From Dehalococcoidia bacterium (lineage in GTDB: Bacteria > Chloroflexota > Dehalococcoidia > Bin125): a stretch of 64,000 nt of DNA. Numbering within the stretch: position 1 is the first letter of the stretch; every line of letters begins with the position of its first letter. Positions 10,240 to 20,332 of the stretch are shown here, one piece after another. The stretch is from positions 480,001 through 544,000 of the forward strand of contig CAXXRD010000002.1 in the NCBI GenBank assembly GCA_963663895.2, given 5' to 3'. Below the pieces are notes generated by a model. That model searched no databases, was not told the DNA's origin, and saw only the letters and a list, made by a program, of their open reading frames with translations. Made by a program: the position numbers and the translations under genes.

Positions 10240-10533
10240 ATGATCGTCGAGATCCAGTGCCTGCCGAACCCGCCCGGCGTGCAGGGCGACAGGTACCGCC
10301 ACGTGGAGGCCGCGATCGCCGAGGTGGAGCGGTCGGGGCTCGTGTACGAGGTGGGCGCGCTGGGGACGACGGTGGAGGGCGATCCGGACGCGGTGTGGCC
10401 GCTCGTGCGCAGCGTGCACGAGGCCTGCTTGCGGTCGGGGGCGGAAGGGCTGGTGACGGTGGTGAAAGTCGAGCAGAGCGCCGGCGAGGAATCGCCGACG
10501 ATCCGCAGTCTCACCGGAAAGTTCCGCAGCTGA
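10240..10533 (+). CDS. MTH1187/YkoF-like thiamine-binding protein
   Basis: 97 aa; SGLVYEVGALGTTVEG motif typical of the family. Confidence 0.8.
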   Translation: MIVEIQCLPNPPGVQGDRYRHVEAAIAEVERSGLVYEVGALGTTVEGDPDAVWPLVRSVHEACLRSGAEGLVTVVKVEQSAGEESPTIRSLTGKFRS

Positions 10534-10994
10534 TGCAGATGATCGGAAGCCGGACGATGCCCTATCCGCGCGAGCGGGTGTGGGCGGCGCTGCAGGACCC
10601 GGCGATGCTGCGCAAGACGTTGCCGGGCTGCGAGGAGCTGACGCCCAGCGGGGAGAACAGCTTCGACGCCAAGGTGACCATCGGGGTGGCGGCGATCAAA
10701 GGTCGCTACAAGGGCAAGGTGCGGCTCTTCGACCTGGAGCCGCCGCACAAGCTGCGGATGGCGGTGGAGGGGGGAGGCGGTCCGGGCCGGATGCGGGGGG
10801 AGGGAACGGTAGAGCTGGAGAGCGTGACGGAGGGGACCAAGCTCGTGTACGACGGGGAGGCGGCGACGTTCGGGCCGATCGCGCGGGTGGGGCAGCGGCT
10901 GCTGCGGAGCGCCGCGAACAAGCTGCTGGGGGAGTTCTTGAGTCGGCTAGAGCAAGAGCTGGGCCGGGAGGGCGAGAGCGAGAGGGCATCCTAG
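10533..10994 (+). CDS. coxG: CoxG / SRPBCC-domain protein
   Basis: VWAALQDPAMLRKTLPGCEE, GPIARVGQRLL motifs; ATG overlaps the upstream TGA. Confidence 0.85.
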   Translation: MQMIGSRTMPYPRERVWAALQDPAMLRKTLPGCEELTPSGENSFDAKVTIGVAAIKGRYKGKVRLFDLEPPHKLRMAVEGGGGPGRMRGEGTVELESVTEGTKLVYDGEAATFGPIARVGQRLLRSAANKLLGEFLSRLEQELGREGESERAS

Positions 10995-11143
10995 CCGATC
11001 CCGCCCGGCGGCTCGTCGAGGCCAACTCGCGCCGGACCGCGCAGGGCGCGCTCTATAGATCGACCGGAACCTTGCGAAGCGGAGTAGGACCTGAGAGACC
11101 CAGCGAGGTCGTGGAACGCAACCGGCTGCGGCGATCCGGTCGG

Positions 11144-12544
11144 TTACGGCGTGTTGGGGGGCTCGAAGAGGCTGCGGGCAATGGCGATCACCCCGTCCAC
11201 ATTCGCCCCCAGTAGGCTCTTCGTCAGCGCATGCACGGTGTAGCGACTCTCCGTCGCCGGGTCGAAGATCCACACCTTTATAGGAAAAAGAGGGTCGTGT
11301 CCTGGACCGAGGAGACCGTAGATCACCTGTGCCGGCCGCCCGGCGATAACGCGCGTCTCCGTGACCCCCAGATCATCGCCGTTCGGCCGCCAGGCGGCAT
11401 TTCTGGGCCAACCACGTCCCACCGCATGCTCCCCTACGATCCGGAGACCGACCCCCCCAGCTGGCGAACGGTAGGACGCCTTGTAACCGTAGATCGTGGT
11501 CTCCGGGTCCATCTCGGCGCGCAAAAAGGCCCACCCATCGGGCAACGCGGGATCGCGCCAGTACGGATAGGTCCGGGCCGTCGCCAGATCCGTCGTGTAG
11601 TGGGGGTTGTCGCGGTTGTAGGCGGGCGGCGTGCTGCGCACGCGCGCTTCGGTTTCCCCTGTCCAGGTTTCGGGCACGATCTGGAAGGGGCCGTGGCGGA
11701 TGGGCGCGGTCAGGCTGGTCCCCCCCAGATCGGGCAGGACCACCCCCCCCCCAGGTGACACTGACGGCGGTGGTGGCGGTGGCGATCGCGCTGCTGCAGC
11801 CGGTGAAGGCGTAGGTCATCCAGGCGACCCCGAACGCCCGGGTCACGGCCCCCGCCGCGGGCGCCGGAGCGCTCGTCACCGCGTAGCGCACGAAGCAGTC
11901 GGCGGCCTGCTTCCACTCGACCAGGTCACCGGGTTCCACCGCGTCGTAGCGGGCCACCTGGGAGACGCCGTGAGTATCGTGCGTATGGATCAGCAAAGCG
12001 GTGGCCGTGCCGTCGCGCAGCCCTTCGTAGGTGGTGACGGCGGTACTGGTGTCGGCGGGATCTTTGAGGAAGACGTAGTGGCCCGGCTCCGCCACCGCGC
12101 CACTGAGGTCGTAGGTGTCGTAAAGCAAGGGCAGGGCTTCGGCTTCGTCCCTCGCTGTGGATGGATCTCCTAGAGGCGGTTCGCCTGGCGCCGGCGGCGG
12201 TTCAGAGGCGGCGGGCGCGGTTGACGCGGGCTCGTCGGGTGGCAGGGATGCCTCCGGCGCAACGGGCGCGACCGGTTCCGCGGGCGGCTCCGTGATGGGG
12301 GCATCGGCCGTAGGTGTTGGCGGTTCCGGAGTCTCCGCCTGCGGGGCAGGCGTGACCCGTGCGGTTGGCGTGGATGCGTCCGGCTCTGGCGGCTCGGCCG
12401 TCACTGCGGCTTGCGGAGCGGTCTCAGCAGGTGCGGGCGATGGGTCGCCGCCCACTGACCCGCCGCAGGCCGTCAGGCCGCCCGCAGCGCCAGGGCGAGG
12501 CCGGCGGCGAGCAGGAGGGTCGCCCCATGGCGGGCGCGATTCAT
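11144..12544 (-). pseudogene. Frameshifted putative lipoprotein with Pro/Ala-rich linker (about 466 aa when repaired)
   Basis: MNRARHGATLLLAAGLALAL[-1 shift near 12485]AGGLTAC lipobox; second (+1) shift in a G10 run (C10 at 11743-11752) joins VSVTWGG to VVLPDLGG. Confidence 0.65.
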
Positions 12545-12814
12545 GGCATGGTGCCCCCGCTGTCTTATTCAGGTTAACGCCGCCGGCGAGGGCGAGGTTC
12601 CGCACGGTGTCCACGATCGAACAGCGCCGGGCGCGCCGGTGCTTCGTCATGGCCCGATCAGCGGATCGCGGAGCAGCCCGTCAGCCGGAGGATGTGCGAA
12701 AACCCCCTAGAATCCCAGAGAAACTTGGTGCGGGGCCGGGGGCTTGGGACCCCCGACACGTATCGGCTAGTCTGTTGCTCCAATCGAGCACTCCTAGAGC
12801 GAAGGAGGCGCGCT

Positions 12815-13276
12815 TTGCCCGAGATCAGCGTGACGGTGAACGGCGTGGAGCATCGGGAGGAGGTGGAGCCGCGGCTGCTGCTGGTGCACTTGTTGCGGGA
12901 GCGGCTGCGCCTGACGGGAACGCACGTGGGCTGCGACACGTCCCAGTGCGGGGCCTGCACGGTCGTCCTCGACGGCAAGTCGGTGAAATCGTGCACGGTG
13001 CTGGCGGTGCAAGCGGACGGGAGCGAGCTGCTGACGATCGAGGGGCTGGGCAAGGACGGCCTCCATCCCGTCCAGCAGGGATTCTGGGATCAGCACGGGC
13101 TGCAGTGCGGCTACTGCACGCCGGGGATGATCATGGCCGCGTACCAGCTGTTGCAGGACGATTCCGACCCGAGCGAAGAGGCGATCCGTCACGGGCTGCG
13201 CGGGAACCTGTGCCGCTGCACGGGCTATCAGAACATCGTCCGGGCCGTCCAACAGGCGGCGCGGGCGACAAGCTAG
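12815..13276 (+). CDS. coxS: CoxS-type [2Fe-2S] small subunit
   Basis: [12 protein letters not shown] and QCGYCTPG...NLCRCTGY; TTG start after RBS AAGGAGG. Confidence 0.93.
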   Translation: MPEISVTVNGVEHREEVEPRLLLVHLLRERLRLTGTHVGCDTSQCGACTVVLDGKSVKSCTVLAVQADGSELLTIEGLGKDGLHPVQQGFWDQHGLQCGYCTPGMIMAAYQLLQDDSDPSEEAIRHGLRGNLCRCTGYQNIVRAVQQAARATS

Positions 13277-13286
13277 GAGGCGGACC

Positions 13287-15635
13287 ATGACGACGCAGGA
13301 ACGACCGCCCAAGCTGATCGGCGAGCCGATCAAGCGCCGGGAGGACCCGCGCTTGATCACGGGACAGGGATCGTACGTCGACGATCTGCAGCCGCTGGGG
13401 ACGCTGCACATGGTGATCGTCCGCAGCCCCTACGCCCACGCGCGGGTAACGGGCATCGACGTGAGCGCCGCGCGCAACGCCCCGGGCGTGGTCGCCGTGC
13501 TGACGCCGGAGGACGTGCAGCAGAGCACCGAGCCGGTCCCCGTGGCGGCGCAGCTCGAGGGGATGCATATGCCCCTGCGCCACGCCTTGACGGGCGAAGA
13601 GGTGAAGTTCGTGGGGGAACCGGTGGTGGCGATCGTGGCGGACGACCGCTACCTGGCCGCGGACGCGGCGGAGCTGGTGGAGGTGGAGTACGAAGAGCTG
13701 CCCGCCGTGATCGACCCCGAGCAGGCGCTGGAGGGCGGACCCCTGGTGCACGGCGATCTGGGGACGAACCTCTGCGTCGTCTCCCCGATCGGCGACGCCG
13801 AAGCCGCGGCGCGCGCGATCGAGGGCGCGGAGGTGGTAATCAAGCAGCGGCTGATGAATCAGCGGCTGATCCCGAATCCGATCGAGCCGCGGGCGGTGCT
13901 CGCGCACTACGAGCCGGGGCCGGGAACGCTGACGGTGTGGTCGTCGACGCAGATCCCGCATCTGCTGAAGACGCTGCTGTCGGCCTGCGCGCGCGTTCCC
14001 GAGCAGCTGGTGCGGGTGGTGGCGCCGGACGTGGGGGGCGGGTTCGGGTGCAAGCTGAACGTCTACCCGGAGGAGATCCTGGCGGCGCTGGCATCGCGAC
14101 GGCTGGAGCGGCCGGTGAAATTCGTGGAGACGCGGCAGGAGAACTACGTCGCGACGATCCACGGGCGGGACCTGATCGGACACCTGGAGCTGGGAGCGAA
14201 GCGCGACGGGACGCTCGTCGGTTACCGGATCAAGGTCATCGCCGACATCGGCGCCTACCAGCATCTCCTGACGGCGGCGATCCCGACGCTCACGGCGCTC
14301 ATGCTCCAGGGCGTGTACAAGATTCCGGCGCTCTCGGGCGAGATTGTCGAGGTGTTCACGAACAAGACGCCCACCGACGCCTACCGCGGCGCGGGGCGTC
14401 CCGAAGCGACCTACTACCTGGAGCGCGGCATGGACCTGCTGGCCGTGGAGCTGGGGGCCGACCCGGTCGAGCTGCGGCGCAAGAACTTCATCGGCGCGGG
14501 GGAGTTTCCCTTCGACACCCAGACCGGGCTGGTCTACGACAGCGGCGACTACGAAGCGGCACTGGACAAAGCGCTGGCGATCGTCGGCTACGACGACTTT
14601 CGCAACGAGCAGGCCCGGCTGCGGGAAGAGGGACGGTATCTGGGCGTGGGCTTCTCGACGTACGTCGAGATCTGCGGCGTGGGACCGTCGTCCGCGCTGC
14701 CGGCGGGCGGCTGGGAGGCGGGGACCGTGCGCGTGGAGCGGACGGGAAAGGTGACCGTCCTGACGGGCGTGTCGCCCCACGGGCAGGGGGAGGAGACGTC
14801 GTTCGCGCAGATCGCGGCCGAGCGGCTGGGGGTCGGGATCGAGGACGTGACCGTGATTCACGGGGATACGGCGCAGGTGTCGGCGGGGATCGGGACGTTC
14901 GGGAGCCGCTCCCTGGCGGTGGGCGGCACGGCGCTGGTGATGTCGTTGGACAAGATCGCGGCCAAAGCGAAGCGTTTCGCCGCGCACGCCATGGAGGTGC
15001 AGGCGGACGACCTGGAGTTCGAAGCGGGGCAGGTCTTCGTGAAGGATGCGCCGGAGAAGGCGATCTCGCTGCCGGAGATCGCGACGCTGGCCTACAACGC
15101 GGTCGATCTGCCGCCCGACACGGAGCCGGGGCTGGAGGCCACGAGCTACTACGAACCGGGGAACTTCACGTTCCCGTTCGGGACGCACGTCGCGGTGGTG
15201 GAGGTGGACACGGACAGCGGATCGATCGACCTGCAGCGGTTCATCAGCGTGGACGACTGCGGCAACATCATCAACCCGCTGATCGTCGAAGGGCAGATCC
15301 ATGGGGGGCTCGCGCAGGGGATTGCGCAGGCGCTGTACGAGGAAGCCGTCTACGACGCGAACGGCCAACTGCTGAGCGGATCGCTGATGGACTACGCCGT
15401 ACCGCGTGCGGATCAGCTGCCGAGCTTCGAGCTGGCGACGACGGTGACCCCCACGGGCGTGAATCCACTGGGCGCCAAGGGCGTGGGGGAAGCGGGCACG
15501 ATCGGGTCGACCCCGGCGATCGTGAACGCGGTGGTGGACGCGCTCTCGCCCTTGGGAGTCCAGCACATCGAGATGATGCTGCGGCCGGAGCGCGTCTTAG
15601 ATGCGATTCAGGCGGCGAAGGGGGGTGTGCGATGA
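13287..15635 (+). CDS. coxL: Molybdopterin hydroxylase large subunit, CoxL form II-like
   Basis: VGGGFGCK, active-site loop AYRGAGR (form II), GTFGSRS, GAKGVGE. Confidence 0.92.
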   Translation: MTTQERPPKLIGEPIKRREDPRLITGQGSYVDDLQPLGTLHMVIVRSPYAHARVTGIDVSAARNAPGVVAVLTPEDVQQSTEPVPVAAQLEGMHMPLRHALTGEEVKFVGEPVVAIVADDRYLAADAAELVEVEYEELPAVIDPEQALEGGPLVHGDLGTNLCVVSPIGDAEAAARAIEGAEVVIKQRLMNQRLIPNPIEPRAVLAHYEPGPGTLTVWSSTQIPHLLKTLLSACARVPEQLVRVVAPDVGGGFGCKLNVYPEEILAALASRRLERPVKFVETRQENYVATIHGRDLIGHLELGAKRDGTLVGYRIKVIADIGAYQHLLTAAIPTLTALMLQGVYKIPALSGEIVEVFTNKTPTDAYRGAGRPEATYYLERGMDLLAVELGADPVELRRKNFIGAGEFPFDTQTGLVYDSGDYEAALDKALAIVGYDDFRNEQARLREEGRYLGVGFSTYVEICGVGPSSALPAGGWEAGTVRVERTGKVTVLTGVSPHGQGEETSFAQIAAERLGVGIEDVTVIHGDTAQVSAGIGTFGSRSLAVGGTALVMSLDKIAAKAKRFAAHAMEVQADDLEFEAGQVFVKDAPEKAISLPEIATLAYNAVDLPPDTEPGLEATSYYEPGNFTFPFGTHVAVVEVDTDSGSIDLQRFISVDDCGNIINPLIVEGQIHGGLAQGIAQALYEEAVYDANGQLLSGSLMDYAVPRADQLPSFELATTVTPTGVNPLGAKGVGEAGTIGSTPAIVNAVVDALSPLGVQHIEMMLRPERVLDAIQAAKGGVR

Positions 15636-16492
15636 TCCCGGCGGCGTTCGAATACACGGCTCCAGACTCAATCGACGAGGCGATCGCACTGCTGGAGCGT
15701 AACGATGACGCGAAGTTGCTGGCGGGCGGGCATAGCCTGCTGCCGCTGATGAAGTTGCGGCTGGCAGCGCCATCGTTGCTGGTCGACCTGCGACGGGTAT
15801 CAGGGCTGGACGGGATCCAGGAAGAGAACGGCGCGATCCGCATCGGGGGCATGGTGACGCATGCGGCGATCGAGCGCTCCGACCTGCTGGCACGGCGGGT
15901 TCCGCTGCTGCCGGCGGTTGCGGCGACGATCGGCGACGTGCAGGTGCGCAATCGGGGCACGATCGGCGGGAGCCTGGCGCACGCCGACCCGGCAGCGGAC
16001 TTACCGGCGGCCATCCTGGCGCTCGACGCGCAGCTCGTCGCGCGCGGAGCGGCGGGGGAGCGGGTGGTGCCGGCGGCGGACTTCTTCGTGGACCTGCTGA
16101 CCACGGCGCTCAATCCGGGTGAGGTACTGACCGAGGTGCGCGTGCCGGTGCCCGGCACGGGCAGCGGCAGTGCCTATGCCAAGTTCCCGAACCCCGCCTC
16201 GCATTACGCGATCGTGGGAGTGGCGGCCCGGGTCGACATGCAGGACGGCAGGGTGCAGGAGGCGCGGGTCGCCGTGACGGGCGCGACCGCGACGGCGTAC
16301 CTGTCGGCGGCGGCGGCGGCGCGCTTGCAGGGGTCCAGCGGCGACGCGGCGGCGATCGCGGAGGCGGCCGGGCTGGCGTCCGAGGGCCGGGAGATGCTGG
16401 AGGACCTGTCGGCGTCGGCGGCGTATCGCACGCACCTCGTCGCAGTGCAGGCGCGGCGGGCGCTGACAGAGGCGGTTGCCGCGGCCGGCTAG
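15632..16492 (+). CDS. coxM: CoxM-type FAD-binding medium subunit
   Basis: MIPAAFEY, AGGHSLLPLMKLR, VRNRGTIGGSLAHADP; ATGA overlap with the coxL stop. Confidence 0.93.
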   Translation: MIPAAFEYTAPDSIDEAIALLERNDDAKLLAGGHSLLPLMKLRLAAPSLLVDLRRVSGLDGIQEENGAIRIGGMVTHAAIERSDLLARRVPLLPAVAATIGDVQVRNRGTIGGSLAHADPAADLPAAILALDAQLVARGAAGERVVPAADFFVDLLTTALNPGEVLTEVRVPVPGTGSGSAYAKFPNPASHYAIVGVAARVDMQDGRVQEARVAVTGATATAYLSAAAAARLQGSSGDAAAIAEAAGLASEGREMLEDLSASAAYRTHLVAVQARRALTEAVAAAG

Positions 16493-17664
16493 CCGGTGTA
16501 CGTGCGGCGGACTCTTGCGCTGATGCTGCACAGTAGCTCGTAGCTGATCGTATCCGCGCCGCCGGCGACCTCGTCCGCGGAGAGCGTCGCAGCGCCCTGA
16601 TCGCCGATGAACACCACCTCGTCGGCAGGCGCAGCGCCGTCCACCGCAGAGACGTCGATGGTGCAGAGGTCCATCGACACGCGGCCGACGATGGAGCAAC
16701 GCCGGCCCCGCACGAGCGCCTCGCCACGATTCGAGAGGGCGCGTGGAAGTCCGTCCGCGTAACCGCAGGCAACAGTCGCAATGCGCAGCGGGCGATCGGC
16801 AGTGAAGGTAGCGCCGTAGCCAAGGCTTTCACCGGGGGCAAGATCGAAGCAGCGGAGGATGCCGGCACGCAGGCTGAGGGCCGGGCGCAGGCCGATGGGC
16901 GGCGCCTGCGCGGCGACGGGGTCGATGCCGTAGAGGCCGATACCGGTGCGAACGGCGTCGAGGTGCATGTATGGAAAGCGGCGCGCGGCAGCGGTGTTAC
17001 ACACGTGCCAGGCAAGTTCGTGATCAGGGTCGACAGCAGATGCGAACTCGCAGAAGCGCCGAAACTGTTGCTCGGTGCGGGCGGAATCAAGATCATCGGC
17101 GCAGGCAAAGTGGGTATAGATCCCCGTCAGCCGCAGACTGGGATGCGCGCGTGTCACGGCGATAACGCGGGCGGCGGCGGCGGGCGCGAGGCCAAGACGC
17201 CGCATCCCGGTGTCGACTTTGACATGCAGTGCGACGGGGCGCATGAGACGGTCGGCCACGGCAGCGACGGCGCTCAGGGAGGCGACGCTGGAGGGGGTCA
17301 ACGCGAGACCGGCGGCGACGGCAGGTTCCGATTCGCTGTCCGTGTGATAGCCGAGGACAAGGATGGGTGCGTCGATACCGAGACCGCGCAGGGCTAAGCC
17401 TTCGCCAACGCGCCCAACGGCAAGCGCATCGGCACCCGCGTCCAGGGCGGCGACGGCACAGGCAGCCGCGCCGTGACCATAGGCGTTAGCTTTGACCACG
17501 GCGATCAGCCGCGACCCGGCACGGAGTGAGGCGCGCAGCGCGGCGACGTTACGGCGCAGGGCAGCGAGATCGACGATGGCGCGCGCGGCGAAGCCTGGGT
17601 GATGCGGCAGCGCCGGTTGCGCGGACTCGGCAGGGACGGAGAGCCGGGCGGTCGATTGAGTCAT
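16489..17664 (-). CDS. alr: Alanine racemase
   Basis: AVVKANAYGHG (PLP Lys), HVKVDTGMRRLG, GYADG, GRVSMD, TISYELL. Confidence 0.95.
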   Translation of the reverse strand: MTQSTARLSVPAESAQPALPHHPGFAARAIVDLAALRRNVAALRASLRAGSRLIAVVKANAYGHGAAACAVAALDAGADALAVGRVGEGLALRGLGIDAPILVLGYHTDSESEPAVAAGLALTPSSVASLSAVAAVADRLMRPVALHVKVDTGMRRLGLAPAAAARVIAVTRAHPSLRLTGIYTHFACADDLDSARTEQQFRRFCEFASAVDPDHELAWHVCNTAAARRFPYMHLDAVRTGIGLYGIDPVAAQAPPIGLRPALSLRAGILRCFDLAPGESLGYGATFTADRPLRIATVACGYADGLPRALSNRGEALVRGRRCSIVGRVSMDLCTIDVSAVDGAAPADEVVFIGDQGAATLSADEVAGGADTISYELLCSISARVRRTYTG

Positions 17665-17791
17665 GGGACTCCCGAGGCCGCCACGCCGCGCCCACCATAG
17701 CGCGGGTCGGCGTCTCAGCGAAGGGCCAACGGGCCTCGCCCGCTATCATGACCGCTGGATTCCACCGTCCAACGCGCAGGAGGAGCCACCC

Positions 17792-18973
17792 GTGCAAGTG
17801 TCGCTGTTCTACCTCCCGTCGCTCGGTCCGCGACGTGAGATCGAGAAGGGACTGGCAGGGCTGCGGGAGGACCTGTACCAGCAGATGCTGTCCGATCTGA
17901 AGGACCAGGCCCAAGCGGCGGACGCCCTCGGGTACGACTCGATTTCGTTCACGGAGCACCACTTCCACATCGAGGGGTTCGAGATCTCGAACAACCCGGT
18001 GTTGCTGGATCTTTACGTGGCGGCACACACCGAGCGGATCCGAGTGGGGCAGCTGGGGATCGTGCTCCCGGCGCACAGCCCCCTGCGGGTGGCCGAAGAC
18101 ATCGCCATGCTCGACCACATGTCTGGGGGGCGGGCCAACGCGGGATTCGCGCGGGGGTATCAACGGCGATGGGTCGATGTGCTGGCCCAGCACTTGCACG
18201 GGATTCACGGCGCGGCGCCGGGCCAGCACGACGCGATCGATCAGGCGAACCGCGAAGCGTTCGAAGATCACTACCGGATCATCAAGCGGGCCTGGAGCGA
18301 GTCGCTGATCAGCGATGCGGGACCGTTCTGGCAGATCCCGCCCCCGGAGACGCCGTGGGATTTAGACGCAACCCGCCAGTGGGGCTCCGGGATCGAAGAG
18401 GGCAAGGTCACGGCGATCGGGGTGGTGCCGAAGCCGCTGCAGAAGCCGCACCCGCCGATCTTCCAGCCGTTCGCGTCGAGTGAGCGGACAATCCGCTGGT
18501 GCGCGCGGGAGGGTGTCACGGCGATCCTGCCGCCGATGAACACGACCTTGCAGAATCAGCTGTACGCCGTGTACGCGCAGGAGGCGGCGAGCTGCGGCCG
18601 AACGCTGGCAACGGGCGAGGGGCTGGGAGTCCTCCGGGACGTGGTCGTGGCGGATACCGATCAGGAAGCGCTGCGGCTTTGGCGGAGTAGCGGGGCATTC
18701 GTAGGCAAGGCGTGGTTCACGCCGTTTCACTTCGGCGACGTGCTGGCGGAGCCGGGGGAGACGCAGCTGCCCAGTCCCGAACAGATGATGGAGCAGGGGC
18801 TGCTGTTGGTGGGGAGCGTGGGAACCGTGATCGAACAGCTGCGGCGGCTGCGCGAGATCACGCCGGTGCAGTGGCTGTTCGCCTGGCAATACAACGGGCT
18901 GATCCCGAATGCGAAGCTGCAGCGATCGCTGGAGCTGTTTGCGACGGAAGTCTTGCCGGCGTTCCGCGACTAG
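17792..18973 (+). CDS. Luciferase-like (LLM class) flavin-dependent monooxygenase
   Basis: FTEHHF, AEDIAMLDHMSGGR, PKPLQKPHPP; GTG start after RBS GGAGGAG. Confidence 0.9.
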   Translation: MQVSLFYLPSLGPRREIEKGLAGLREDLYQQMLSDLKDQAQAADALGYDSISFTEHHFHIEGFEISNNPVLLDLYVAAHTERIRVGQLGIVLPAHSPLRVAEDIAMLDHMSGGRANAGFARGYQRRWVDVLAQHLHGIHGAAPGQHDAIDQANREAFEDHYRIIKRAWSESLISDAGPFWQIPPPETPWDLDATRQWGSGIEEGKVTAIGVVPKPLQKPHPPIFQPFASSERTIRWCAREGVTAILPPMNTTLQNQLYAVYAQEAASCGRTLATGEGLGVLRDVVVADTDQEALRLWRSSGAFVGKAWFTPFHFGDVLAEPGETQLPSPEQMMEQGLLLVGSVGTVIEQLRRLREITPVQWLFAWQYNGLIPNAKLQRSLELFATEVLPAFRD

Positions 18974-19044
18974 GCGGGCCGGCGGACGGCACCCCTGGGG
19001 TTGTAGGGCGCTCCGGTGTTGCTATCATTGCGGCACAACTGCAT

Positions 19045-19133
19045 AGATTTGCCGGGGTGGTTCGGTCACTGGGACCGAGCCTGAGAATGACACCCGCAAA
19101 CCTGATCCGGGTAATGCCGGCGTAGGGAGCACG
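19045..19133 (+). ncRNA. TPP riboswitch
   Basis: GGGGTG...CTGAGA...ACCCGCAAACCTGATCCGGGTAATGCCGGCGTAGGGA consensus, upstream of a thiamine-precursor ABC operon. Confidence 0.93.
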
Positions 19134-19145
19134 CGTCACCTCCGC

Positions 19146-19173
19146 AGACCCCGGCGAATCGCCGGGGTCTTTT
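19146..19173 (+). terminator. Terminator-like hairpin (riboswitch expression platform)
   Basis: AGACCCCGGCG-AAT-CGCCGGGGTCT followed by a short T run, between the aptamer and the start codon. Confidence 0.7.
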
Positions 19174-19187
19174 GGCGCCAAGGGAGA

Positions 19188-20273
19188 ATGGCAATGCACG
19201 ATGGCAGCGCGGGGAGCAGGGCAAGGTTGGTTCAGCGGCGGCTGAGCCGCCGACGTTTGCTGACGGCCGCCACGACGGCGGGATTGGGAGCAGCGGGTCT
19301 GGCGTTGGTCGGGTGCGGCGACGACGACTCAGCGCCGAGCACGGGGCCGGCGGTCCCCGTCAGCCTGGCCTTGGACTGGGTGCCGAACACGAACCACACG
19401 GGCTTCTTCGTCGCGGATGAGATGGGCTGGTACGCGGAGGAGGGGGTGCAGCTGGAGCTGCTGCCCTATGCACAGGTGGAGCCGGACACGCTCGTGACAA
19501 CAGGCGAGGCCGACTTTGGGATCTCGTTCGCGCCGAGCTTGACTTTGGCGGTGGCCGCAGGGCGGCCCCTGACATCGGTCATGGCGATCTTGCAGCGGCC
19601 GGCCAGCGCCATCGCGGTGCGCTCGGATCGGAGCGATATCCAGACACCCGCAGACCTCGACGGACTGGTGTACGCCGGCTTCGGGGCGCCCTGGGAGGAG
19701 GTGCTGGTGCGGAGGGTGATCCAAAACGCGGGCGGCAGGGGCGAGTTCGAAACGGTGATACTGAACACGTTCGCCTATGAGGCAGTATACGCGGGCGAAG
19801 CGGATTTCGTGGTCCCCTTCATGACCTGGGGAGGGATCGAAGCAGAGCTACGGGGGACGCCGCTCAAGGCGTTCCAATACCGTGACTATGGGTTCCCCGA
19901 TTTCTACGCCGTGCTCTTGATGAGCAATCCCGCGTGGCTGTCGGCGAACGAGGCAGCGGCGCGGGGATTCGTGCGGGCGACCCAGCGCGGCTTCCAGTTC
20001 GCCGCGGAGAATCCGGACGAGGCGGCCCAGATCTTGATCGATGCCAACCCAGGAGTGTTCCCTGAGGAGGGATTGGTCTTCCGCAGCGCCAGATTGCTCG
20101 GCGCCGACTACTACCTGGATGAGAGTGGAACGTTCGGGACGCAGACGCTCGATCGCTGGACGGAGTTCCCGCGCTTCCTCTTCGAGAACGGGCTGCTCAT
20201 GGATGCCGAGGGCAACCCGCTTACAGAGGAACTGGACTACGAAGCGCTGTTCACGAACGAATACCTGGCTTGA
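19188..20273 (+). CDS. thiY: NMT1/THI5-like (ThiY-type) ABC substrate-binding protein, Tat-lipoprotein signal
   Basis: LDWVPNTNHTG motif; SRRRLL twin-arginine signal and LVGC lipobox; under a TPP riboswitch. Confidence 0.85.
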   Translation: MAMHDGSAGSRARLVQRRLSRRRLLTAATTAGLGAAGLALVGCGDDDSAPSTGPAVPVSLALDWVPNTNHTGFFVADEMGWYAEEGVQLELLPYAQVEPDTLVTTGEADFGISFAPSLTLAVAAGRPLTSVMAILQRPASAIAVRSDRSDIQTPADLDGLVYAGFGAPWEEVLVRRVIQNAGGRGEFETVILNTFAYEAVYAGEADFVVPFMTWGGIEAELRGTPLKAFQYRDYGFPDFYAVLLMSNPAWLSANEAAARGFVRATQRGFQFAAENPDEAAQILIDANPGVFPEEGLVFRSARLLGADYYLDESGTFGTQTLDRWTEFPRFLFENGLLMDAEGNPLTEELDYEALFTNEYLA

Positions 20274-20332
20274 GCGTGCAGGCGACCACGCCGCGAGAGT
20301 AGTGCGGCGGCGATGACCGCGCCCTGCCCCGC

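Noticed and set aside
13937-15631. 851-aa version of coxM
   Set aside because: The upstream part is an alternative frame inside coxL; real CoxM begins MIPAAF at 15632
12815-16492. True aerobic CO dehydrogenase (form I)
   Set aside because: Active-site loop is AYRGAGR, not AYxCSFR, and the gene order is S-L-M
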